Origin: an uncultured Poribacteria bacterium
GTDB taxonomy: Bacteria > Poribacteria > WGA-4E > WGA-3G
DNA length: 64,000 bases
Reading direction: 5' to 3'
Assembly: GCA_951813565.1 (NCBI GenBank)
Contig: OX638351.1
Span: 4,128,001 to 4,192,000 of the forward strand
A program made the position numbers and the translations under genes. Below the pieces are notes generated by a model. That model saw nothing but the letters and a program-made list of their open reading frames with translations. It was not told where the DNA came from and made no database searches. Numbering within the stretch: position 1 is the stretch's first letter; each line of letters starts with the position of its first letter. Shown here piece after piece: positions 18,801 to 28,219 of this stretch.

Positions 18801-20549
18801 TTGAGTATTGTTGTCCACGTCACGCACGAAGCCATCCAAAAAATGGGAGGCATCGGTGCTGTTTTAGAAGGGTTGCTGACAACCCGCAGCTACAACGAAG
18901 CGATTGAGCGAACCTTTCTTGTCGGTCCTCTTTTTTCCGGTGCCGATTTGGAAGCATTGGATTCGGTGTTGTATCACGCTGCCGAAGGGACAAAAACAAC
19001 ACCCCACGCAGCGGCACTCAGCGAGATTGAAAAGACCTATCATGTTGAACTTATCTACGGACAACGGCGATTTGAAAATAAAGATCAGAACGTTACCACA
19101 TTGACAGATGTAATCTTAGTCAATGTCTCGAACAGCAATGAAGACATGACAGGACAGTTTAAGTGGCAACTTTACGAGCATTTTGGTATTGAATCAACTC
19201 GTTATGAGAGTGAATGGGAGTTTGAGGAGTATGTGCGCCTTGCCGAACCTGCTTATGAAGCACTGCAAGTACTGATCGGTGAAGCAACAGAAACGCCTGT
19301 ATATATTATCTCGCATGAGTTTATGGGGATGCCGCTTGCGCTCAAAACTCAGATTGAACGTAAAAATGGTAACGGCGCGGCAAATATACGCACTGTCTTT
19401 TATGCTCATGAAGTGGCAACGATACGTCCTATTGTTGAAGGACATCCCGGACACGATGTCCGTTTTTACAACGCGTTAGATCAGGCAAAATCACAAGGCA
19501 TGCTAATCAGTGATGTATTCGGTGATCCGTTCTGGTATTTTAAGCATGCGTTGATTGACAAAGCACATCTCTGCGATACGATCTTTGCTGTTGGGGACCT
19601 TGTTGTAGATGAACTCCGCTTTTTGGCACAACCTTTTGAAGCGTTTCCGATTAACCTCGTCTATAACGGAATTCCTGCGTTTGAGATGAGCTTAGAGGAT
19701 AAGTTAGCATCGAAAGCACGGCTCCAAAAATATGCAAGAACGCTGCTTGACTATCGTCCTGATTATGTGTTTACGCATGTTACACGGCTTGTTAAAAGTA
19801 AAGGATTATGGCGCGATTTGCAGGTACTAACACATCTGGATTCGCTGCTTGCTTCTAATGACAAGACTGCTGTGCTGTTTATCCTCTCTACAGAAATTGC
19901 CACAGGACGACCCCACGAAAACATTCATGAAATGGAACGCGAATACGGCTGGCCTGTGTTTCACAAAATTGGTTATCCAGATTTGGTCGGAGCAGAAATT
20001 GAGTTGAACAACGGTGTTTCTGCCTTCAATCTGCAGTCTAAAGCAATAAAAGTCGTGTTTGTGAATCAGTTCGGGTGGAGTCAGACCTCTTGCGGCAGTC
20101 GAATGCCGATAGAGATGGAATTTATGGATATCCGTAAAGGAAGTGATGCGGAATTTGGGCAGTCAATTTATGAACCTTTTGGGATTGCACAGGTGGAGCC
20201 GCTCAGTTTCGGTGCGATTTGTGTTGTTAGCAATGTGTGCGGATGTTGCGGTTTCATTCAACGTGCAACTGACAATCGCGAAGTTCCGAATGTTGTAATT
20301 GCTGACTATACGCACCTTAATGCCGCACCGAAATCGTTAGGAGATGTGCTGAACATCGGTTTAGCAGAACGAACGCAGATTGAAGTGGAAAATAGCCGGG
20401 ACATCGCTGCAAAACTGCTTGGTCGTCTACCGCGGAAACCGCGTGATGTTGAGGATATGATTAAAGAAGGATATGAAATTGCCTCTCGTATGAGTTGGGA
20501 GGTTGTTGTTAAAGATTATTTTTTGCCTGGATTGAAACAGGCATTGTAA
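18801..20549 (+). CDS. GT-B glycosyltransferase, glycogen synthase (GT3)-like
   Basis: Likely TTG start at 18801 after GAGGTG; HEAIQKMGGI, VYNG, KSKG and SIYEPFG motifs. Confidence 0.7.
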   Translation: MSIVVHVTHEAIQKMGGIGAVLEGLLTTRSYNEAIERTFLVGPLFSGADLEALDSVLYHAAEGTKTTPHAAALSEIEKTYHVELIYGQRRFENKDQNVTTLTDVILVNVSNSNEDMTGQFKWQLYEHFGIESTRYESEWEFEEYVRLAEPAYEALQVLIGEATETPVYIISHEFMGMPLALKTQIERKNGNGAANIRTVFYAHEVATIRPIVEGHPGHDVRFYNALDQAKSQGMLISDVFGDPFWYFKHALIDKAHLCDTIFAVGDLVVDELRFLAQPFEAFPINLVYNGIPAFEMSLEDKLASKARLQKYARTLLDYRPDYVFTHVTRLVKSKGLWRDLQVLTHLDSLLASNDKTAVLFILSTEIATGRPHENIHEMEREYGWPVFHKIGYPDLVGAEIELNNGVSAFNLQSKAIKVVFVNQFGWSQTSCGSRMPIEMEFMDIRKGSDAEFGQSIYEPFGIAQVEPLSFGAICVVSNVCGCCGFIQRATDNREVPNVVIADYTHLNAAPKSLGDVLNIGLAERTQIEVENSRDIAAKLLGRLPRKPRDVEDMIKEGYEIASRMSWEVVVKDYFLPGLKQAL

Positions 20550-20553
20550 TATT

Positions 20554-21447
20554 TTGTACAGTTTGTCTATAAAGGATTTGATTATTATGCAAGAAGTACG
20601 TAATTCTAATGATCCAATACCGTTGTCTCCAGGAGAGAAGTTGATGACTCCAGAACAGAAGTTTTTCTTTGACTTACGGGGTTGGCTTCTGCTACCATCG
20701 GTATTGTCAGAGTCGGAAATCGAAGAGATGAAAGCGGAAGTGTATGCAGGTGCAAGGCAGAGTTATCAAGGTGCTTTACAGAATTTACTTGACCATCCGG
20801 CAATTGTAGGTATTCTAAGCGAAATCCTTGCTGATGAACGATTTATCTTTGACGATTGCTACGGCTTTCGGTGTGAGAATTCGATTACGACGGTCAGAAA
20901 ACCCGGCTGGAGCACTTCTTCTAATAGTGGTACTGCGGTGCCGCATGTCGTACGACCTCCACAACAAGCAAATGCGATGCGGTATCAGGTGGCAGGTGGA
21001 AAGATATTCGCAGGACTCACACGTGTGATTTGGGAACTTGAGGAGGTGAAAGCTGGACAGGGAGGGACTACTTTTCTGAGTGGGTCTCATAAGGCACATT
21101 TCAACTACGGTGGACCGGACCCAAACCGCCCGAATATTAGTGAATCTCCTTGGGAAAATAAAATAAAGGATATGATGGAGGATTATAGTTGTCCCCCTGG
21201 GTCAGTACTTATTTTCACTGAAAGCCTTATCCATGCTACCAACAACTGGACGAACCCTGACAATCCGCGTTGTGCTGTGTTTAATTGTTACAACTCAATA
21301 TGGGCGCAATGGTTTCGGTTGAATCTAAGTCATGAAATTATTGAAACGATGCCGCCGAAACGGCAATCTTTATTCCGTGGAACTTGGGCAATAGGTGGGG
21401 GTCCTGGCGGAAACCGTCAGTATTCGTTGGATAATACTACCAAATAA
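20554..21447 (+). CDS. PhyH-like dioxygenase, paralog 1 (true start probably 20587)
   Basis: FFFDLRGW, GGTTFLSGSHK, PGSVLIFTESLIH. Confidence 0.85.
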   Translation: MYSLSIKDLIIMQEVRNSNDPIPLSPGEKLMTPEQKFFFDLRGWLLLPSVLSESEIEEMKAEVYAGARQSYQGALQNLLDHPAIVGILSEILADERFIFDDCYGFRCENSITTVRKPGWSTSSNSGTAVPHVVRPPQQANAMRYQVAGGKIFAGLTRVIWELEEVKAGQGGTTFLSGSHKAHFNYGGPDPNRPNISESPWENKIKDMMEDYSCPPGSVLIFTESLIHATNNWTNPDNPRCAVFNCYNSIWAQWFRLNLSHEIIETMPPKRQSLFRGTWAIGGGPGGNRQYSLDNTTK

Positions 21448-21471
21448 TTTTAAAACTATAAGGAGATATTA

Positions 21472-22311
21472 ATGTCAAAAGAAACGTTAAACGGTGAACC
21501 AAAACCAATGACTCCAGAACAGAAGTTTTTCTTTGATCTTCGCGGTTGGATTTTATTACCATCAATATTATCGGACTCAGAAATCGAAGAGATGAAAGCG
21601 GAAGTATATGCGGGCGCAAGGCAAAGTTATCAGGGTTCACTGCAGAACCTCCTTGATCATCCTGCAATTGTAGGTGTTCTAAATGAAATTCTGTCCGAAG
21701 ATCCGTTTGTACACGATGATTGCTACGGATTTCGATGTGAAGGGTCTTTTACCACAGTCCGTGAATCTGGTTGGAGTGTAACATCACGTGGTGACAACGG
21801 CTTACCACACGTTGTGCGACCACCGCAACAAGCAAATGCGATGCGGTATCAGGTTGCTGGTGAAAAGATATTCGCTGGACTTACTCGTGTCGTATGGGAA
21901 CTTGAGGAGGTAAAGGCCGGACAAGGCGGCACCTCTTTTCTGAGTGGATCGCATAAAGCGCATTTCAACTATGGAGGCCCCGACCCTTATCGTCCGAATA
22001 TCGGCGAGTCGCCTTGGGAGAATAGCATGCGGGATATGATGGACGACTATAGCTGCCTACCGGGTTCTGTCGTCATTTTCACTGAAAGTCTTGTGCATGC
22101 GGCAAACGACTGGACGAATCCGTCAAATCCGCGCTGTGCTGTCTTTAATTGTTACAACTCTATCTGGGCACAGTGGCATCGGTTGAATCTGAGCCATGAA
22201 ATCATTGAAACGATGCCGCCGAGACGACAATCATTATTCCGCGGGACGTGGGCAATTGGCGGTGGTCCTGGTGGGAATCGTGAGTATTCACTGGAAAATA
22301 ATACTACGTGA
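21472..22311 (+). CDS. PhyH-like dioxygenase, paralog 2 (tandem duplicate)
   Basis: Highly similar to the preceding ORF; AGGAG RBS. Confidence 0.87.
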   Translation: MSKETLNGEPKPMTPEQKFFFDLRGWILLPSILSDSEIEEMKAEVYAGARQSYQGSLQNLLDHPAIVGVLNEILSEDPFVHDDCYGFRCEGSFTTVRESGWSVTSRGDNGLPHVVRPPQQANAMRYQVAGEKIFAGLTRVVWELEEVKAGQGGTSFLSGSHKAHFNYGGPDPYRPNIGESPWENSMRDMMDDYSCLPGSVVIFTESLVHAANDWTNPSNPRCAVFNCYNSIWAQWHRLNLSHEIIETMPPRRQSLFRGTWAIGGGPGGNREYSLENNTT

Positions 22312-22319
22312 TAATAAGC

Positions 22320-22347
22320 GTATGCGGGATTGTCTAATCCCGCATAC
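22320..22347 (+). terminator. Hairpin after the PhyH pair
   Basis: GTATGCGGGATT-gtct-AATCCCGCATAC, perfect 12-bp stem, no clear U-tract. Confidence 0.6.
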
Positions 22348-22782
22348 AGACACACATGTGAAAACTATTCTAAAGCTACTGATAATACGATTCACTTGAT
22401 TCACAGAATTTCCCGATCACATGCGTCTCCACTGTCAATGACAAATAAACCTATCAAACAACCCATCTCGTCTTAAATAACCCGCCTTATCCTTTATCAA
22501 CACGAATCATCTCTATAATTTCATACGTATGCTGTATTTTGCTTTCCATATCCTCGCTGGAAACTGCTAATATCACAATATTAATGTGTGAATTTAGAAG
22601 GCGTTTCATAATTTTGAAATCCAACACGAAATTTATGGATAGAATTACGAATTAATTTTGATTTATACGTCTTTAATTTACATATTTCTGAAGAAGTATT
22701 GTATAATTTAGTGTGAATTTTACCTGAATTATGTAAAATTTAAGATTAAACCTGATTTTTTAGATAGAATCTAATATTTAGT

Positions 22783-22811
22783 TTGACATTATTAAAAATA
22801 TATAGTATACT
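22783..22811 (+). promoter_or_regulatory. sigma70-type promoter
   Basis: TTGACA-17-TATACT upstream of AAGGAGG-ATG at 22844. Confidence 0.75.
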
Positions 22812-22843
22812 TTACGTATTACCTATTAAGTAAGGAGGGAAAA

Positions 22844-23326
22844 ATGAATTCGGTGAAGGAAAAATTGGAAAAGTGGTTGAAGGAGAATCCTGAAGGTTGG
22901 CTAACAGAATCTGACCAATCCATTTCGGATCAGGCAGGAGTCTCGACAGGATCGGTAAGTAGACATTTGCATATGGTTGTTGCAAAGCGGAATGGTGTTA
23001 TGCCATCTGAGGTTAGAAAGCAGAGACAAGAGACTAGACCTATTTCGCGTAGAACAAAAGTGGATTTGAATAAAATTCGTGAAATCATTGCAGCGAATCC
23101 TGATATGCCTGTTTGTGATCTGGCATTCATGGCTGATTGCTCTGAGGCAACAATTGAGCGATTATTGAAGGCAATTGGTCATGGCACTGATGAGAGTCAA
23201 GAAGATGATGATGATGATGACCAAAACTCCAATTCTAAGATCATATCGATTCGTTCAGATCTGGAAAACATCAAAGTGGGAATGGAGACAGTTTTAACAC
23301 GTTTAGATGAACTATTAAACGATTAA
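22844..23326 (+). CDS. Hypothetical DNA-binding protein with two HTH-like motifs
   Basis: SISDQAGVSTGSVSRHL and CDLAFMADCSEATIERL; acidic linker; C-terminal coiled coil; strong RBS. Confidence 0.7.
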   Translation: MNSVKEKLEKWLKENPEGWLTESDQSISDQAGVSTGSVSRHLHMVVAKRNGVMPSEVRKQRQETRPISRRTKVDLNKIREIIAANPDMPVCDLAFMADCSEATIERLLKAIGHGTDESQEDDDDDDQNSNSKIISIRSDLENIKVGMETVLTRLDELLND

Positions 23327-23382
23327 ACGGTGTTTATTAAAACATATCGTTTTTATTTGAGTTGTTTGTCTAAGGCAAAAGC

Positions 23383-23417
23383 TTGAAACCTCGGATCGCC
23401 ATAATCCGAGGTTTCAA
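23383..23417. terminator. Perfect 14-bp inverted repeat, probable terminator
   Basis: TTGAAACCTCGGAT/ATCCGAGGTTTCAA. Confidence 0.6.
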
Positions 23418-23797
23418 AAGACTACCTGCTGTGGAAACGAGAGTTTCCATCATATATTCAACATTTCTGTTTTAATTACAGAAATGTTGAAAAGAAAACG
23501 GTGAATTGTGTGATTGGTCAACAAGATAAACCATCAAAAACTTTATCTTGAATTGAACCATTTTCTTTTAAAATTATCCAACAGGTGCTATTAATTGTGT
23601 CATATCAAATGAAAATTGTCAAGCAAAACAAAAATATTTCTAAAATTCAGTAAAACAAATGTGTTTTTGAATTTGATTGCACTTATGATGTACTTTATGC
23701 TTTTTTGTGTTACTTGCATTTAATTGGCACAATAACGGTGTTGAGTTAACGCAACTCTTCTGTTGGGTATTAAACATACCTCAATGGAGGATTCGAC

Positions 23798-24022
23798 ATG
23801 GGAAATAAGAAATACCCATCTCGGCAAGTTAGAAGGGCAGCTAAACGTAAGGCGGAGAAATATCAATCAAAAAAAAATAGTCGGAAAACTCGTAAGTCAG
23901 AAAAGTCTGGCAACATGCAGTTCAAGGATAATTTGAAGTTTGTAATTTGTATTATCGTTCGTCTTATAAGTCCGCACCTGAAGGACATTTTCGAAAAGCT
24001 CAAAGAAATATTTTTAATCTAA
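23798..24022 (+). CDS. Small basic protein with hydrophobic/amphipathic C-terminus
   Basis: GGAGG RBS; K/R-rich first half; downstream hairpin TGCCAGAG/CTCTGGCA at 24033-24055. Confidence 0.6.
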   Translation: MGNKKYPSRQVRRAAKRKAEKYQSKKNSRKTRKSEKSGNMQFKDNLKFVICIIVRLISPHLKDIFEKLKEIFLI

Positions 24023-24191
24023 GACTTCAAAATGCCAGAGTGTCTGGCTCTGGCAACCCAACATAGACATACCATAGTGGTAGAGGTCACGGTTGGCTGT
24101 CCCTAGCTTTTCCGGAGAAAAGCACCGTCCTTATGGCACGTATTCGGGCAAAGGAATAATTATAAAGTGTGCGTTACCTGCTGCTATACCT

Positions 24192-24428
24192 TCAATCTGC
24201 GACTTTATCTTCGGATGATTCAAGGGATATAGGCTTCTCTGCAGGCGGTTCTGGATCAACAAACTTATACTTACCTGTTTTCCGCAATCTTTTCCCTACC
24301 TCTTGGTAATGAGCGAGTAATCGATAAAGATCATGCCCACATTCTTCTGAAATTTTCATACGCATTTCACGAACTTCCTTAACGACTTCATTCATTTCTG
24401 GGCGTAAAAGATCCTCGCGCGTTACCAT
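24192..24428 (-). CDS. Small hypothetical protein (possible orphan antitoxin-like)
   Basis: AGGAGG RBS and consensus promoter; EVVKEVREMR..ISEECGHDL pattern. Confidence 0.65.
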   Translation of the reverse strand: MVTREDLLRPEMNEVVKEVREMRMKISEECGHDLYRLLAHYQEVGKRLRKTGKYKFVDPEPPAEKPISLESSEDKVAD

Positions 24429-24449
24429 TTATGCAGTGCCTCCTAAAAT

Positions 24450-24478
24450 ATTATACCATGCAAAGATCCAATTGTCAA
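24450..24478 (-). promoter_or_regulatory. Consensus sigma70 promoter
   Basis: Minus strand TTGACA-17-TATAAT with extended TG. Confidence 0.85.
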
Positions 24479-24488
24479 AACAAGATAT

Positions 24489-26540
24489 TCATGAATTTGA
24501 TACCATTTGAGGAGCTAACACCAGCGCGCTTCGGGCAGGAACATAAAGTTGAATAGACTGTGTATGCCCTTCTGTCGCTACGTCTTGCCACGGATAATGA
24601 ACCCCTTCTACAGCACCGTAACCGCCAAATTCAGTGTCGTCCGTGTTGAGAATGAGACGGTAATCTGCTTTTTCAGGCACAGGGATACGCCAATCCGTGA
24701 CAGATGCTGTCGGATGGAAGTTAAAGGCAAACACAAGTCCTCCGCGCGTGTATACAATTTGTTTTGCGTCCTCGTGAATCAATAGAAGCTGAATGTTTTC
24801 ATCAGTGAGAATATGATACGTTGTATCAAGATGTTGCATGGATCGGTCAAAATCGTTTAGATGCCGATAATAGAGCGTCCCATCATCTACGAGGTGCCAC
24901 TGCCTGCGCGCATACCAATAAGAATTGTTGTTTCCTGCCCGGGGAAAATCAATCCACTCAGGATGTCCAAACTCATTGCCCATAAAGTTGAGATACCCTT
25001 CACCACCTAAACTAAACGTGAGCAGGCGAATCAACTTGTGTAAAGCAACACCGCGAGCAATCCTTAAGCTTGGCGTGCAAACACTCATTTTTGTGTAGAG
25101 TTCGGCATCCATCAGTTGCATCGCAAGTGTTTTGTCACCGACAATGCTTTGGTCGTGGCTTTCGACGTAAGCAATGTGTTTTTCACCTGCGCGGCGGTTG
25201 CGCAACATGCCGTAAATTTCTCCGATGCGCCAATTCTCGTCCTTTTTCTCTTTCAACAACCGAATCCAATAGTCTGGAATGCCCATGGCAAGGCGATAAT
25301 CAAAACCAAATCCGCCTTCTTCAATAGGACGTGCAAGACCGGGCATTCCGCTCATATCCTCAGCAATAGAAATCGCGTTTGGGTTGACAGCATGGATAAC
25401 TTCATTTGCTAACATCAGGTAAGCGATGGAATCTAACTCCACTTTAGGGCTAAAGTAATCATCGTAACCTGTGAACTCCTGACCAAGACCATGGTCACTG
25501 TAGAGCATACTCGTAACACCATCAAATCTAAAGCCGTCAAAACGATAAGTTTCCAGCCAAAATCGGATATTGCTCAGTAAAAACCGCTGCACCTCGTATT
25601 TGCTGTAATCGAAACAACGAGAGTCCCAGGCGATGTGTTCGCCTTTTTCACCTGCATGAAAATAGTGATACTCCGTGCCATCAAAGCGGTTCAACCCTTC
25701 ATTGATGTTTTTCACAGCATGGCTATGCACCAAATCCATAATCACCAGCAATCCCATTTCGTGTGCAGTGTCTATGAGTTCCTTAAGTTCTTCAGGTGTT
25801 CCAAAACGACTTGATACTGCGAAAAAGTTGCTTACATGATACCCGAAACTTGCATAATAGGGATGCTCCATTATTGCCATCAGTTGCACTGCGTTGTAAC
25901 CTAAATTGGCAATTCGGAGCAACACGTTTTGCGTAAACTCTGCAAACGTTCCGACTTTTTCTCCTTCTTGCGCCATGCCGACATGTGCTTCGTAGATGCG
26001 CAACCCCTGTTTGTGTGCGTTAAAATTTGGTGCTTGATTCTTCCATTGATACGAATCCGACGGCGACCAATATTGTCCTGTGAATTCAGTTTCGCTTTCC
26101 TGAATGACGCGCTGAATATAGGCGGGAATTCTATCAAGTGCCCCCAGTTCTGATTTGACATGCACTTTTACTCGGCTACCGTGTGTGAACCGATCTGCAT
26201 AATCTTTATCCGACAAAAAAAGATGCCATATTCCCCATTCATCAATAGACATTGGGTTGGCATCACGATTCCAGTCGTTAAAATCGCCTATAAGGGAGAG
26301 GGACTGTGCGCCCGGTGCCCACTCGCGGTACCAAACACCGCTTTCACCTGCATTTTCGCCTCGGTTGAAACCGAAATAACGATGCCCTTGGCTAATCTTG
26401 CCTAATATACTACCAGTTTTTTCAATCTGGGCTTTGAAACGTTGATAGTGCGCGAACCTTTCGCGTAATTGAGGGGCATAAGGCTTTAACAAAGGATCGC
26501 GTTTGATGAGGCGTGTGCCATCAGCTTTGTGTTTCTCCAT
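24489..26540 (-). CDS. glgB: 1,4-alpha-glucan branching enzyme (GH13_8-like)
   Basis: YREWAP, IYEAHVGM, MEHPYYASFGY, FDGFRFDGVTSM, AED, YVESHDQ, NFMGNEFGHPEWIDFPR. Confidence 0.95.
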   Translation of the reverse strand: MEKHKADGTRLIKRDPLLKPYAPQLRERFAHYQRFKAQIEKTGSILGKISQGHRYFGFNRGENAGESGVWYREWAPGAQSLSLIGDFNDWNRDANPMSIDEWGIWHLFLSDKDYADRFTHGSRVKVHVKSELGALDRIPAYIQRVIQESETEFTGQYWSPSDSYQWKNQAPNFNAHKQGLRIYEAHVGMAQEGEKVGTFAEFTQNVLLRIANLGYNAVQLMAIMEHPYYASFGYHVSNFFAVSSRFGTPEELKELIDTAHEMGLLVIMDLVHSHAVKNINEGLNRFDGTEYHYFHAGEKGEHIAWDSRCFDYSKYEVQRFLLSNIRFWLETYRFDGFRFDGVTSMLYSDHGLGQEFTGYDDYFSPKVELDSIAYLMLANEVIHAVNPNAISIAEDMSGMPGLARPIEEGGFGFDYRLAMGIPDYWIRLLKEKKDENWRIGEIYGMLRNRRAGEKHIAYVESHDQSIVGDKTLAMQLMDAELYTKMSVCTPSLRIARGVALHKLIRLLTFSLGGEGYLNFMGNEFGHPEWIDFPRAGNNNSYWYARRQWHLVDDGTLYYRHLNDFDRSMQHLDTTYHILTDENIQLLLIHEDAKQIVYTRGGLVFAFNFHPTASVTDWRIPVPEKADYRLILNTDDTEFGGYGAVEGVHYPWQDVATEGHTQSIQLYVPARSALVLAPQMVSNS

Positions 26541-26889
26541 AATGTATCAGTTTAACACAAGATGGTTGGCGATTCAAGTATGATGTCTGCTAAGCACGCC
26601 TATAGGCAGATGTTCACCTATTTTTTTTCTAATATAATTCGGTTTGTTTAACATAAAATACACGTTAATATCAAATATTGAGTTATTTTGAAAATTAATT
26701 TGACTAATTTAGTCAGGTCTAGTATATTTATAATCATGTGTTCGGTAGAAACAATTTTTGGGAATTGGTCCGATGAATCAACGCCAAGTGCCATAAGACA
26801 CTTGGCGGGAAACCGAACTTATCGTGGTCGTAAGAGTAGAATTCAAAGCATAGAGAGCTTCATATCTCTTACACCGAACTGACGTTGTA

Positions 26890-27386
26890 TCAGTTTTCAA
26901 CACCTGATTCATTCCATTGTGCGTGGCGCTGAAGGGTACGGATATCAATCCCTAACGATTCAGCTGCTTCACGTAAGGATGTAAACTTCTCAATACGCAT
27001 CTGCGCAACAGCGCGTAGAATTTGATTTTGATTCATTTTTCCTATGTTAAGTGCTTCCGCTTCTTCTGCAGTTTTTGCATTGACGGAATTTCTCACGCTA
27101 TACCACGGTTGCGGTGTTTGCGTGGAGAGTTCATGCATAATTATATGCTGCGTCTCTGGATGGAGTGCTTCCCATATCGCGTGCTGCGTATCAGAGGCAA
27201 GTGTTCCCCATATAGAGATTAGAGTCTGTAAGAACTCAGGATATATATTTGGAAAATCTTTTGGTTCAAGAGTATCAGTAGTGGCGAGCGCAATAGCAGT
27301 TTGAATAGTACTTCTGAGCTGCCGAATATTGCCGGGCCACGCAGCTTGTTCAAGACGAGTGAGTGCCTCTGGACTAATGCCTTTAA
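26890..27386 (-). pseudogene. C-terminal remnant of a sigma54-dependent (NtrC-family) activator
   Basis: Frame upstream of the listed 82-aa ORF reads KGISPEALTRLEQAAWPGNIRQLRSTI; ends in Fis-type HTH (SLREAAESLGIDIRTL); no AAA+ core upstream. Confidence 0.85.
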
Positions 27387-27803
27387 CGCTCCCCCGTCAA
27401 ATCCCCATGCTTTAGCTTGTGGGATGTCCACGGCTAACAATGTGATGGACAGCACGAAATGTCCAGCGAAAGCGGAATAAAACCCATCGCTATAACGAAA
27501 TCTATAAAGTTGGTGGATAGCGTCCATATCAAGCCACTGCAGCACTGCAGCACTGCAGACTGGAATGCGTGAGCGGAGGCAACCCCTCCCGAAGTCTAAG
27601 GACTTGTCGCGTGGCGTGCCTGGTAGAAAGGGCAGCTATAAAATGGGTGGAAACAGAGCCAACCCACGACATTGCGAAAAATAAATCAAACGGGCAGGCT
27701 TGGCTGCCTAAAGTGGAGCGACACTAAGACGGTGGACGCTAAGCGAAAACCGCAGTCGCGAGGAAGCACAAGCCCCTACCTTTAGGTAGTGGGTACCTAT
27801 GAC
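27387..27803 (+). mobile_element. Non-coding IS200/IS605-family derivative with TnpB omega-RNA-like right end
   Basis: Left hairpin GTCAAATCCCCATGCTTTAGCTTGTGGGA; right end GAAGCACAAGCCCCTACCTTTAGGTAGTGGGTACCTATGAC; no TSD; follows TTTAA; no tnpA/tnpB ORF. Confidence 0.75.
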
Positions 27804-27910
27804 TTATCTTTTGCTAATTCCTATAGTAGCTTATGTTTTTAACACATTGCGGTAACAGGTATTCCAAAATCTTAGCAATTGAAGCGTGAAATATTAGACC
27901 CGTAAAGAAT

Positions 27911-27927
27911 TTGGCATGGAATTTGCT
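27911..27927 (+). promoter_or_regulatory. sigma54 (-24/-12) promoter
   Basis: TTGGCATGGAATTTGCT = GG-N10-GC. Confidence 0.75.
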
Positions 27928-27937
27928 TATTTTCTTA

Positions 27938-28146
27938 AGTTGCAATGTAACTCTTTCGCAAATATTTGGAGTGTTTAGTTAGACATAGGACTTTATGACA
28001 TAGGCACATACCAAGTGCCTTAATGCTGTAGGCGCGCCTGTCCCTCTCCCCTAAAGGTGCGCTTACAAAATCGCGATTTGGGTAGGCGCGCTAATCAAAT
28101 CGCGATTTATGGTGGTAGCGGTCTTCGGATCGCTACTGTCTTTTTT
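27938..28146 (+). ncRNA. Candidate sigma54-dependent structured sRNA
   Basis: Lies between the sigma54 promoter and an intrinsic terminator; no ORF; three consecutive hairpins; start is estimated from promoter geometry. Confidence 0.5.
28115..28146 (+). terminator. Intrinsic terminator with UUCG tetraloop
   Basis: GTAGCGGTC-TTCG-GATCGCTAC then TGTCTTTTTT. Confidence 0.8.
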
Positions 28147-28219
28147 ATAGTAGATTTTATACCATTTCCATGTGATTATATTGCATTGTGTCTTAGGTCA
28201 AGTTTCACTATGCCCTACC

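Noticed and set aside
20554..22311. Diversity-generating retroelement template/variable repeat pair
   Set aside because: Whole-gene duplication with mostly synonymous, non-adenine-specific differences; no reverse transcriptase
27219..27545. 108-aa minus-strand ORF
   Set aside because: Spans the element junction in the wrong frame; the activator remnant is in another frame
27387..27803. Group I intron/IStron or HEARO RNA
   Set aside because: I could not identify group I core or HEARO motifs by eye; not excluded without an Infernal scan
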